This document shows positions 7,549 through 15,942 of a stretch of 58,562 nucleotides of DNA, piece by piece (positions within the stretch are counted from its first letter, which is position 1; every line of letters begins with the position of its first letter). This stretch comes from a bacterium (lineage in GTDB: Bacteria; Patescibacteriota; Minisyncoccia; CAIUEV01): assembly GCA_021779915.1 (NCBI GenBank), contig JAJXZR010000008.1:1-58562 (forward strand), written 5' to 3'. The position numbers and the translations under genes are program-made. A model generated the notes under the pieces. That model saw only the letters and a program-made list of their open reading frames with translations. It ran no database searches and had not been told where the DNA came from.

Positions 7549-9003
7549 ATGTCCGGTTTCACTATTTCATCCCTCCACGAAAAACTGCAAAACAAAGAAA
7601 TTACCGCTACCAAGGCGAGTGAGGATTATTTTTCCAAGATCAAAAAAACGGATCCAGAGAATAAAGTTTATCTCACTTTGAACGAAGAAGAAGCACTTAA
7701 TCAGGCTTTTTTGGTAGATGAGAAAATAAAAAAAGGAGAAAAGATAGAGAGACTCGAAGGGATTCCTTCTTCTGTAAAAGACGTTCTTTCTACGAAAAAT
7801 CTTCGTACCACCGCTGCTTCTCAGGCTCTTTCCAATTTTATTCCTCCTTATGATGCCACAGCAGTAAAAAACTTGCGGGCTTCAGGAGCGATTCTTCTTG
7901 GAAAAACCAACTGTGATGAGTTTGCTATGGGCGGGTCAGGAGAAAATTCCGCTTTTGGACTCGCGCCTAATCCTCTGGATCCCGAAAGAGTACCGGGAGG
8001 ATCTTCCTCCGGATCAGCTTCGGCTATAGCGAGCGATTTATGCGTTTTTTCTCTCGGTTCTGATACAGGAGGATCCGTCCGCCTTCCCGCTTCTTTTTGT
8101 GGAATAGTAGGGATGAAACCGACCTATGGACGTATTTCCCGTTACGGTCTCATCGCTATGGCTTCATCGCTTGATCAAATAGGTGTTATGGCAAAAAACG
8201 TGGAAGATGTAACGGACGTACTTTCTGCTATCGCTGGACCAGATCCCAAAGATTCCACTAGTAGCGGATTTACTGGTAAAGATTTTCGCCGGGATTTTGA
8301 CCTCGGAGGAAAAGGATTGACCCTGGCTTATGACAAAAAATCTATTGAAATGTCAGATCCTCAGATCAAAAAGACTTCTTTGGATTTCCTTGCAAAATGG
8401 AAAAAGGAAGGAGGAAGACTCAAAGAATTAACAATCCCTTATCTTGGAGAAGAAGCCGTTGCCTGCTATTATATCATAACCGCAAGCGAAGTTTCTGCCA
8501 ACATGGCTCGTTACGACGGAATTCGATACGGAAAAGTTCCTAAAAAAGTTCTGGAAGAAACCCATTCCTGGCATCAATTTATTTCTTCCCTCCGCGGGGA
8601 ACTACTCGGCAAAGAAGTAAAAAGAAGGATTATTATGGGTACTTTTTGTCTTTCTTCTGGATATTATGACGCCTACTACGGCAAAGCTCAAAAAGTCCGA
8701 GCCTATATTCAAAAAAGTCTGGATGAAACTTTTAAAAGTGCAGATCTTATCTTCACTCCCACCAGCCCCGACCTACCCTTTAAAATTGGAGAAAGAATTA
8801 ACGATCCTGTCAGAATGTATCTTGCTGACGCCTTCACCACCATAGCCAATTTAGCCGGTATACCCGCCATTTCTTTCCCCATAGGCGAAACCCAAATCGA
8901 AGGGAAAACTCTCTCAATCGGAGGCCAACTAATGGCTAAGCAGTGGGACGAAGAAACGTTACTTCGAGGAGCGAAGTTTGGAGAAGAAATCATCCATGCT
9001 TAA
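7549..9003 (+). CDS. gatA: Glutamyl-tRNA(Gln) amidotransferase subunit A
   Basis: Amidase signature GGSSSGSASAIA...GSDTGGSVRLPASFCG and N-terminus typical of GatA (LHEKL..KEITA.....YF..I). No gatB or gatC adjacent. Confidence 0.9.
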   Translation: MSGFTISSLHEKLQNKEITATKASEDYFSKIKKTDPENKVYLTLNEEEALNQAFLVDEKIKKGEKIERLEGIPSSVKDVLSTKNLRTTAASQALSNFIPPYDATAVKNLRASGAILLGKTNCDEFAMGGSGENSAFGLAPNPLDPERVPGGSSSGSASAIASDLCVFSLGSDTGGSVRLPASFCGIVGMKPTYGRISRYGLIAMASSLDQIGVMAKNVEDVTDVLSAIAGPDPKDSTSSGFTGKDFRRDFDLGGKGLTLAYDKKSIEMSDPQIKKTSLDFLAKWKKEGGRLKELTIPYLGEEAVACYYIITASEVSANMARYDGIRYGKVPKKVLEETHSWHQFISSLRGELLGKEVKRRIIMGTFCLSSGYYDAYYGKAQKVRAYIQKSLDETFKSADLIFTPTSPDLPFKIGERINDPVRMYLADAFTTIANLAGIPAISFPIGETQIEGKTLSIGGQLMAKQWDEETLLRGAKFGEEIIHA

Positions 9004-9020
9004 CAGATTAGAACAAATGT

Positions 9021-9142
9021 GTTAAAAGTTTAAAGTTAAAAGTTAAAAGTTAAAAGTGAAAAGGAAAAATTTAAAGTTCAAAATGAAATAAATTTGAATT
9101 TTTGATTGTTATTTTGAATTTATAACTTATAACTTTTAATTG
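9021..9142. repeat. Intergenic nested foldback palindrome (words AAAAGTT / TTATAAC)
   Basis: (aaaagtt)n on the left faces ttataacttataacttttaatt on the right. The inner palindrome is aaagttcaaaat...attttgaattt. Confidence 0.6.
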
Positions 9143-9145
9143 TTT

Positions 9146-9219
9146 GTCCCAGTAGCTCATCTGGATAGAGCGACAGCCTTCTAAGCTGTAGGCAGCAGGT
9201 TCGAGTCCTGCCTGGGACA
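9146..9219 (+). tRNA. tRNA-Arg (anticodon UCU)
   Basis: Cloverleaf by hand: acceptor GTCCCAG/CTGGGAC, D arm GCTC-ATCTGGATA-GAGC, anticodon arm ACAGC-CTTCTAA-GCTGT, variable AGGCA, T arm GCAGG-TTCGAGT-CCTGC, discriminator A. CCA is not encoded. Confidence 0.9.
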
Positions 9220-9230
9220 CAAATATAAGA

Positions 9231-9252
9231 AACCGCTTTTGGGCGGTTTTTT
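9231..9252 (+). terminator. Rho-independent terminator after tRNA-Arg
   Basis: aaccgc-tttt-gggcggtt stem followed by a T-run. Confidence 0.7.
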
Positions 9253-9258
9253 ATATTT

Positions 9259-9416
9259 GTGGAACGGGCAGGACTCGAACGGGGAAAGGGGTCGGGAAAA
9301 CGGTAGTTTTCCCGGGGTGGAAGTATTGAAACCGCAAGGTTTCAAGGAGCAAAGCGACGTGAGATTCCTGCCTGGGACACAACGACAAAAAACCGCATAA
9401 TTATGCGGTTTTTTGC
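9259..9416 (+). ncRNA. Candidate structured RNA / attachment-site scar bracketed by tRNA 3'-end fragments, with its own terminator
   Basis: 9259-9280 gtggaacgggcaggactcgaac is the reverse complement of a tRNA T-loop plus acceptor 3' half. 9366-9382 tcctgcctgggacacaa is an exact 17-nt repeat of the tRNA-Arg 3' end (9206-9222). Between them are two perfect hairpins, cgggaaaac-ggta-gttttcccg (9293-9314) and ttgaaacc-gcaa-ggtttcaa (9326-9345, GNRA loop). A terminator aaccgcataattatgcggtt plus T-run lies at 9391-9414. Confidence 0.3.
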
Positions 9417-9509
9417 TTTTTATACTGACTAATTTTATTAAGATAAAAACAAACTCTTAGTCACCATTCTTTAATATCTTTTCTTCTATAATTTATGTTC
9501 TTATTCTGC

Positions 9510-9915
9510 TTACGCCAGAAGACAAAAAAACTGTTTTAATGAACGAATATTTTTTTTCAATACCATTGGCAATAAGTTTTCTTTTTCCTTGCCAAAAACC
9601 ATAATGTCAGGTCTAATTTTTTTAAGTTTTCTTCTAAATATATATCTTCGGTAACAAAGACATGATCGACACTTTTTAGTCCTAGCAACAGTTCCTTTCG
9701 TTGCTTAGCAGGAATAATTGGACGATTATCCCCTTTTCTTTCTTTAATACATCTATCACTATCAATACCAACAACTAAAATATCTCCGCGGGCTTTAACT
9801 TTATTTAAAATCCTAAGATGTCCAATATGAATAAGGTCAAAACACCCTCCTATTAAAACTATTTTTTACCCCTGGCTCCCCTTAATTCTTTGCAAACAAG
9901 ATCTAATGATTTCAT
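9510..9915 (-). pseudogene. Cytidylyltransferase-family (RfaE domain II / TagD-like) gene disrupted by two 1-nt frameshifts in poly-A runs
   Basis: Manual minus-strand translation gives MKSLDLVCKELRGARGKK* then, in the next frame, (K)IVLIGGCFDLIHIGHLRILNKVKARGDILVVGIDSD...RPIIPAKQRKELLLGLKSVDHVFV (nucleotidyltransferase HxGH motif CFDLIHIGH), then a second shift before IRPDIMVFGKE. The breaks fall in the A6 run (plus T-run 9862-9867) and the A7 run (plus T-run 9617-9623). It is absent from the ORF track because no piece reaches 60 aa. Confidence 0.6.
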
Positions 9916-10039
9916 GGAATCTTAATATGAAATAAATTTGGCTTTAAAATAATAATGTTACACAATTTAGCAGTCAGTTTTTATATAGTAAAGTAGTAAC
10001 CCTCTAATTGATATAAAATAATTAGCATAAACTAAACAA

Positions 10040-10519
10040 ATGAATGTCAGTTTAAAAGTCGGCGTAATAATAACAAACGAAACAAACGACCAAGTTTTAC
10101 TCATTAAGGAGAAGTACAAAAAGAAGGACGGTCCACTTTGGAATGTTGTGAAGGGTAGTTATGGTGATAATGGTGATGAGAGTATTTTTGATGCAGCGAT
10201 TAGAGAATCTCAGGAAGAAGTTTCTGTAAAAGTAAAATTAACACATGCCCTAGGAGTATATGTATCTAAAGAAAGTGATCGAGCAAAAATTCAGTTTAAT
10301 TTTTTGGCAAAAATTGTTGAAGGAGAACCAAAAGTTGCACCGATGGATGAGCAAGAATCTAGAGATGAATACATTCAAGAAGTTAAATGGTTTACTAAAG
10401 AAGAAATTTCTAATTTGAGTCAAGAAGAATTCATATCCGACAGAATTTACGAACTTATCCAAGAATGGATAGCTGGAAAGAAATTCCCATTAGAAGTATA
10501 CGCACAAGTTGCTCTATAG
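10040..10519 (+). CDS. NUDIX hydrolase
   Basis: Nudix box GSYGDNGDESIFDAAIRESQEEVSV fits G.5E.7REuxEExGu. Confidence 0.75.
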   Translation: MNVSLKVGVIITNETNDQVLLIKEKYKKKDGPLWNVVKGSYGDNGDESIFDAAIRESQEEVSVKVKLTHALGVYVSKESDRAKIQFNFLAKIVEGEPKVAPMDEQESRDEYIQEVKWFTKEEISNLSQEEFISDRIYELIQEWIAGKKFPLEVYAQVAL

Positions 10520-10581
10520 TTTTTTACAATTAAAAAGGGAAGCTACGCTGAGTGCCCCCCTTATGATATCTACTAGAAAAA

Positions 10582-11346
10582 TCATTTTGTAACCTCCAAT
10601 ACTAACATTTTGTATTGGAGATCGCCTTGTTGGTTTTTTTGAAATTGATACTTAGGATAGATTTTTTTAATCCACCTAACATTTTCCTCTGTTTTCCCTC
10701 CATGGCGAACCTCTCTTTCACAATGTCCAATTATAGAATATTTAAGTCCTTCCGCCTCAATTAATTCTACAATGGAGGGTATGGAATCTAATCTTGTTAA
10801 CACACTAAGAAAGTCAAAACAAAGAAAAACAAGTTTTCCTTTCTCTGTAAGCCTTGCTCTACATCCTTTGATTATTTTAAATATAATATCACGACCGTTG
10901 TAACCTCCATAGTCATGAGGATCTCCAGGGACAGGCATTGGCATTTGAGGAGGATTACTCACAATTAAATCAAACTTTTTTTCATTTTCAATTGAATCAA
11001 AAACATCACTTACTACAAATGAAACCGAAATTTTTTCAAGTATAGCTTTTTCCGCCCAATTAATAGCATCTTTATCGATATCGCAAGCTATTACATTATT
11101 AGCTCCTCTGGCTTTTAAATAGTAAGCCAAAAAACCGGTTTCCCCTGTTCCAATATCAAGAATATTTCCTCTAATATCATACTTACGCAAACATTCAGCT
11201 ATGAAAACTCCACTTTTAGGGACATATCCGTTTTTCTTTATTCTCAAAATTATTTCCGGTTCCTTAAGATGAAAAACTTGATTGCCCAATAAATCTTGGT
11301 GGATAACATAGCTACTGGTACTCTTTTGCGAGCTTGTTAAGTTCAT
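10582..11346 (-). CDS. SAM-dependent methyltransferase (HemK/PrmC-like small-domain family)
   Basis: Motif I ILDIGTGETGFLAYYL. Motif IV LIVSNPPQMP (NPPY-like, with Q). I place the start at the internal ATG (MNLTSS...) because the 11424 start would overlap the upstream gene by 113 nt. The start remains uncertain. Confidence 0.65.
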   Translation of the reverse strand: MNLTSSQKSTSSYVIHQDLLGNQVFHLKEPEIILRIKKNGYVPKSGVFIAECLRKYDIRGNILDIGTGETGFLAYYLKARGANNVIACDIDKDAINWAEKAILEKISVSFVVSDVFDSIENEKKFDLIVSNPPQMPMPVPGDPHDYGGYNGRDIIFKIIKGCRARLTEKGKLVFLCFDFLSVLTRLDSIPSIVELIEAEGLKYSIIGHCEREVRHGGKTEENVRWIKKIYPKYQFQKNQQGDLQYKMLVLEVTK

Positions 11347-12181
11347 TAAACCTCTCCTTTGCTTCAATATCTTTGATTCTTTTTGCAGTTCGGGCGTACG
11401 CCATAACACCTCCTTTACTGCCAATTCTATCTAAGATATCCATTGGGTAAAACAATGCATTTTCAACTAAAAATGGAGTAGCAATATCTGCCATTATGTC
11501 TTCTACTTCCTCAACTTCTTCCATTGAATAAGCTTCCTTGTTTCCAAAAAGCAATGAAATCAATACTTTTTTTCGCCTGTAAGGTATTTCTGAGATAGGT
11601 ATGCAACCCTGTGCTTCTTTAGTCAAAAATTCTCCAAATAGAAATTCCTGTTCATCTTTTAGAAGAAAACAGGAAAATTCTTCTCTAGAATAATTTCTTA
11701 CATATCTGCTAAAAAAAGCTGTCTTAATACCGCCATCTCTGAATATCTGCTCTCTTTCGAAATCGATTATGGTTATCTGCAGTTTTTCCTTGGAAAAAAT
11801 CATATTCCTTGGTGCAAAGTCCCCCCAAAGAAACCCGGACAAACGCAATTTACTAAATAGTTGTTTAAACAGAACTATCCAATCCCTTCTCTGAATATGA
11901 GAATGTTCCCTTAGAATATGTTCTAGATTATCTCCTTTAATAAACTCGGTAATGAGAACTGAATTACTCTCATCCCACCCAATTACAGGTGCGGGAATTA
12001 AAGATACCCTTATACACCCTAAACTAAGTTCTAAGGGATACTTGGCGAAATGTTTATGAGCTTTCATAATATTTCGGTATTCCGTTGCAGAAGTTATTTT
12101 TCTTACGACAAGCCTACCATCTTGTACTATATCCAGCTTGATTCTATTAGGATCGAACGATAGGACATTGAATATATTCAT
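11312..12181 (-). CDS. Protein-kinase-fold protein (Kdo/WaaP/APH-like) with extra C-terminal domain
   Basis: VVRK (ATP-binding Lys), hinge ITEFIKGDNL, catalytic-loop-like GDFAPRNMIF, metal-binding IIDFE. The ATG at 12181 is preceded by GGGAGAAG and lies 2 nt after the sulfotransferase stop. TTG at 12196 is the alternative start. Confidence 0.55.
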   Translation of the reverse strand: MNIFNVLSFDPNRIKLDIVQDGRLVVRKITSATEYRNIMKAHKHFAKYPLELSLGCIRVSLIPAPVIGWDESNSVLITEFIKGDNLEHILREHSHIQRRDWIVLFKQLFSKLRLSGFLWGDFAPRNMIFSKEKLQITIIDFEREQIFRDGGIKTAFFSRYVRNYSREEFSCFLLKDEQEFLFGEFLTKEAQGCIPISEIPYRRKKVLISLLFGNKEAYSMEEVEEVEDIMADIATPFLVENALFYPMDILDRIGSKGGVMAYARTAKRIKDIEAKERFNELNKLAKEYQ

Positions 12182-12183
12182 AT

Positions 12184-13119
12184 TCACTTCTCCCAAAGAC
12201 TGATTTCGTATCCGAACTGACTGAAAAGAGAAACAAGCTCTTCGTCACCACATAACATTGTTTTCTCTTCTTTGGTAAGACCAACTTTCCATTCCAAGTC
12301 TTCTTTAATCTCTTGGTTATCGTCAAGCCTCATCCTATTTCCCATTAAAGTATGCCCTTTGTCTTTCTTAAATTCCAACATTGACTGCATGTATTCGATT
12401 TCTAGAAATTCACATACCTTTCTAATAGCTCCTGAAGTATCTTGGCAAATTTCCTCATACTTCAAGAAGTGAACAAGGGTTGATTTTTTCAAGAGCCCTA
12501 GTGCTCTTTTGGCAAAATCCTTGTACACGGATATTTTAGATGAAACTGGCCTGGATACTCCTTTTCTCTGTCCTGACTTTTTATTTGAGTAAGCCATTCC
12601 CCGAGGATCTCTTAATAGGAGAATAACCTTCCATCTAGGATATTCCAAGAGTTTTTTGGCTATCCTTATTGATTTTGTGTTGTCCACAATAATCCTTCTT
12701 CCGGTCATCTCCCTAAAGGTTCTGCTAATGCACTCCAACCCAAGGCAACTTGAGTACAAAACAGTTTCAAGATCCTTTTGATTAAATTCACCCTGCTTTT
12801 GCTTTCCATCAGGAAGACTCAAAGGATGATACTGCTTATTGGGCTCCTCGATTCTATCAATAATACTACAAGCCCGATAGATACTTTCAACCTCAAAATT
12901 TTTCGCAATCTGGTCATATACCCTTAGAAGAATTGGACATCCTTTAATCCCACAAGAGCAAATAGTATCCTTTGGATTTATTTTTCCCCAATAAGAAGAT
13001 TCACCCACATGAAAAACTTCCGGATGCGTTCCAAGTATCATACCCAATAAAGTAGATCCTGCTCTCGGAAGCGTTGCTATGTAAACGTTTAACTCATTCT
13101 TTACTACCATCTCAATCAC
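12184..13119 (-). CDS. Sulfotransferase (PAPS-dependent family)
   Basis: 5'-PSB loop YIATLPRAGSTLLGMIL and 3'-PB motif VILLLRDPRGMAYS, as in the Sulfotransfer_1/3 families. Confidence 0.7.
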   Translation of the reverse strand: MIEMVVKNELNVYIATLPRAGSTLLGMILGTHPEVFHVGESSYWGKINPKDTICSCGIKGCPILLRVYDQIAKNFEVESIYRACSIIDRIEEPNKQYHPLSLPDGKQKQGEFNQKDLETVLYSSCLGLECISRTFREMTGRRIIVDNTKSIRIAKKLLEYPRWKVILLLRDPRGMAYSNKKSGQRKGVSRPVSSKISVYKDFAKRALGLLKKSTLVHFLKYEEICQDTSGAIRKVCEFLEIEYMQSMLEFKKDKGHTLMGNRMRLDDNQEIKEDLEWKVGLTKEEKTMLCGDEELVSLFSQFGYEISLWEK

Positions 13120-13296
13120 CTCCTCTCCTTTGTATAAATTGTTAAAGATCTAATAAACCCTTAAAGATAGGTAAATAGAAAGGAAATGTCAATATCTGTG
13201 TTAGTATTATTTACATTTTTCTTGATTTGTTGTTATTTCTGTTATATATCTGACAAAACAGCTCTTTAAAAAATATGTATAGGAAGGAATAAGCCG

Positions 13297-14559
13297 ATGT
13301 CGACTGTTTTTGGACTTGACTTTGGAACAACAAATTCGTCCTTGGCGGTTTTAAGAGATGGTAACGTTGAAGTCTTAGAAATAGATCCGCTAAGTTCCTC
13401 TAAAAAAAGCTTGAAATCAGTTCTTTTCTTTGACGAAGAAGGAGAATTTTTTGTTGGACAAGAGGCTATCAACCATTATCTTGAAATGGGAGGTGAATAT
13501 TGCCGTTTCATGAGATCAATAAAAACATTTTTACCGAGTAAAACATTTGAAAAAACATATGTATTTGGTAAAAAGTACAGAATTGAAGATCTCATATCCA
13601 TTATCCTTAAGGAAATAAAAAAACGTGGTGAAAATCATGTTGGCCATCCGGTAGAAGATGTTGTTATAGGAAGACCAGTTATTTTTTCTTCCGACAAAGA
13701 GAGGGATAATTTAGCAGAAAGGAGACTAAAAACATCGGCAGAGAAGGCAGGGTTTAAGAATATTCGATTCCAATATGAGCCTATAGCTGCAGCTTTGTCG
13801 TGTGAGAAGGATTTGAAAAATGGCGAAGAAAGACTTGTTTTTATGGGAGATTTTGGGGGAGGAACCTCTGATTTTACTGTTATGCGACAAATTGGTGGGT
13901 GCATTGAAAAACGAGACAGGAAGAAGGATGTGCTATCAATAGGAGGGATAAACATAGCGGGGGATGTTTTTGATTCATTGGTTATGAAAAACAAGGTGGC
14001 TCAATATTTTGGAAGAGATATTCAGTACAAAGGAATGACAGGGGATTGGTTGCGAATGCCACAATGGATTATCAATACTCTTTGTCAATGGCATTTAATC
14101 CCACAGTTAAGAAAGAGCATGGAATTCATTCAAAGACTGCAAATAACAGCTGATGATAAAAAGACAGCCAAAAATCTTGAACGTTTAATTAGAGAAAACC
14201 TTGGCTTTGCTGTTATGCAGTCAATTGAAAAAGCAAAATGTGAGATTTCTTCCGAAAAGTCCTCAAAGATTATATTTGAAGACGGAGACATCAAAATAAG
14301 AGATGACTTTTCCAGGATCGAATTTGAAAGCATTATCAGTGAAGAAATTGCGAAAATCAAGTGTTGTATTGAAGAAACTCTATTAAATGCTGGAATTTCA
14401 AGTGAAGATACTGAAAAAGTTATTATTACGGGTGGTTCATCTTTTATTCCTCGAATAAGGAATTTATTCGTTGATATATTTGGTGAAAATAAATTAGAAG
14501 CGGTAAATGCTTTTACAAGCGTTGCTTACGGTCTTGCCATAACCGCATCTGTAATATAA
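13297..14559 (+). CDS. Hsp70-family ATPase lacking the substrate-binding domain (YegD-like)
   Basis: Phosphate-1 motif FGLDFGTTNSSLAV, EPIAAAL, DFGGGTSDFTV, and C-terminal adenosine motif ITGGSSFIP. At 420 aa it comprises the nucleotide-binding domain only. Confidence 0.75.
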   Translation: MSTVFGLDFGTTNSSLAVLRDGNVEVLEIDPLSSSKKSLKSVLFFDEEGEFFVGQEAINHYLEMGGEYCRFMRSIKTFLPSKTFEKTYVFGKKYRIEDLISIILKEIKKRGENHVGHPVEDVVIGRPVIFSSDKERDNLAERRLKTSAEKAGFKNIRFQYEPIAAALSCEKDLKNGEERLVFMGDFGGGTSDFTVMRQIGGCIEKRDRKKDVLSIGGINIAGDVFDSLVMKNKVAQYFGRDIQYKGMTGDWLRMPQWIINTLCQWHLIPQLRKSMEFIQRLQITADDKKTAKNLERLIRENLGFAVMQSIEKAKCEISSEKSSKIIFEDGDIKIRDDFSRIEFESIISEEIAKIKCCIEETLLNAGISSEDTEKVIITGGSSFIPRIRNLFVDIFGENKLEAVNAFTSVAYGLAITASVI

Positions 14560-14589
14560 GGAGGATAGTCAAAACTATCCTCCTTTTTT
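14559..14589 (+). terminator. Rho-independent terminator after the Hsp70-like gene
   Basis: aggaggatag-tcaaaa-ctatcctcct followed by tttttt. Confidence 0.75.
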
Positions 14590-14790
14590 AATTCTTTTAT
14601 CTTCTCAGCAAAAAGACACTGACAAGTTTTAGACAAAAACTAGCAAGCTTTTAATTTGTGCTATAGTTTCCTCAGGATTAGGTAAGGCTCTTTCCCAATC
14701 AAAAGTTCGAAAGCTGTTGTACCATTCACACAATATCAGTTCATCAAGTTAGAAAGTTAGAAAGTTTATCAAGTTAATAGGAATATCCTG

Positions 14791-14819
14791 AAAAACCGCA
14801 TAAACAAGCGGTTTTTTTG
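14791..14819. terminator. Bidirectional terminator downstream of tyrS
   Basis: aaaaaccgc-ataaacaa-gcggttttttt, with A/T runs on both sides. Confidence 0.65.
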
Positions 14820-14856
14820 TTTTAAAAACTTATAATTTAGTTTTTTGAGATTCAAT

Positions 14857-15942
14857 TTATCTCGTAATTTTATAAGATTCGATTTTTTCTTTTAGTCTTT
14901 TTGCCTTAGAATTTACTTCAAAATATTTACGGACGGGTTCGATTATTTCATCTAGATAATTAACCAAATTATTTTTTAAATCCAAAGGATAAATAGCCTC
15001 GGATTTATAAAGATCTTCCAGTTCTAAATAAGAATTCAGCATTAGGTTTCCACCGAATTTCTTTTCTCTTTTGATTTCGACTTTTTTGTGTTTCAAGAAG
15101 ACAATGTATTTGAAATACTCAAGAATTGGATTGAAAGCCACTTCTCCAGGGGGACAATAAGCCTTGTTGATTTTTCTTTGGATCTCTTCGCGATTATCTG
15201 TCATAAACACGGCCGAATCAGGTTGTGATTTAGACATCTTGAGGGCAATTGTCTTTTCAATCTTGTTTTCCTCTGGTTTTAATTTGTCGATTGGCGGATT
15301 TAGGCTAATAAGCATATGGTGATGCACAGCAGAAGGCTTTTCAAACCCCAAATCGGATGCTATTTGACGAGCCAGCATGTTGACTTTACGTTGATCCATG
15401 CCCAGTTGGGCAATGTCAACCTTAAGATAAAAAATGTCAGCCGCTTGCATGGCCGGATAGATAATTTGAGCGGCGGTTAAGTTATCAGTTTCGCTCCTGC
15501 CCATAATTTGGGAGCAACGAATAATTCTATTTAACGTAGTTGATTTGGCAATTTTCAAAACACTGAACCAATAATCCGGATCTTTGACTAACTCCGACGC
15601 CCAAACAAATTCAATATTTTTTGTATTCAAACCACACGCTTTCCAGACCTCAATGAAATATTTTCCGACTTGCTGAATTTTTTTTATATCTCCCCCCATT
15701 TTGTTGTTAGCGTAAGCATGCCAATCAGCCACTAAAACTTTGAAGTGGATCCCTGCTTTTAGTAGCTTTTGAATATTCATAGCCCTTATAAACCCTTGAG
15801 CAATATGAATCTGACCCGATGGCTCAAATCCGTCATAAGCAATAAGTTTTTTATTTTCTTCCAGCTTTTTCTTTATTTCATCAAGACCAATAATTTCTTC
15901 TCCCACCTCCTGGATTAATGCAATTTTTTCTTTGGTATTCAT
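14857..15942 (-). CDS. tyrS: Tyrosyl-tRNA synthetase, archaeal/eukaryotic type
   Basis: Collinear with M. jannaschii TyrRS from memory: AYDGFEPSGQIHIAQG (vs AYIGFEPSGKIHLGH), LVADWHAY, IIYPAMQAADI, QLGMDQRKVNMLAR, KMSKSQP (KMSKS loop), KKINKAYCPPGEV..NPILEY, FGGNL.LNSY.ELE.LY. Confidence 0.9.
   Translation of the reverse strand: MNTKEKIALIQEVGEEIIGLDEIKKKLEENKKLIAYDGFEPSGQIHIAQGFIRAMNIQKLLKAGIHFKVLVADWHAYANNKMGGDIKKIQQVGKYFIEVWKACGLNTKNIEFVWASELVKDPDYWFSVLKIAKSTTLNRIIRCSQIMGRSETDNLTAAQIIYPAMQAADIFYLKVDIAQLGMDQRKVNMLARQIASDLGFEKPSAVHHHMLISLNPPIDKLKPEENKIEKTIALKMSKSQPDSAVFMTDNREEIQRKINKAYCPPGEVAFNPILEYFKYIVFLKHKKVEIKREKKFGGNLMLNSYLELEDLYKSEAIYPLDLKNNLVNYLDEIIEPVRKYFEVNSKAKRLKEKIESYKITR

Noticed and set aside
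9259-9280. Possible minus-strand tRNA gene. The sequence is the reverse complement of a T-loop plus acceptor 3' end ending in CCA-like TGG.
   Set aside because: The 5' half of the T stem (expected GCAGG before TTCGAGT) is absent: ccccg is found instead. No D or anticodon arm can be drawn upstream on the minus strand. It is treated as a fragment only.
9259-9416. Tested whether the structured segment after tRNA-Arg is SRP (4.5S) RNA or tmRNA.
   Set aside because: It lacks the SRP domain IV consensus (GUCAGGUCCGGAAGGAAGCAGC-like). It is far too short for tmRNA, has no tag ORF and has no tRNA-like acceptor pairing. It is kept only as an unassigned candidate.
11347-11424. Upstream ATG start (11424) for the methyltransferase, giving a 113-nt overlap with the kinase-like gene.
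   Set aside because: The long overlap is unlikely. An internal ATG at 11346 shortens it to 35 nt. The true start is still uncertain.
14641-14760. Minus-strand mini-ORF ...CEWYNSFRTFDWERALPNPEETIAQIKSLLVFV* in the Hsp70-like/tyrS spacer.
   Set aside because: Only about 34-40 codons, no ATG, and a stop immediately upstream. It could be a gene remnant, but there is nothing to anchor a call.
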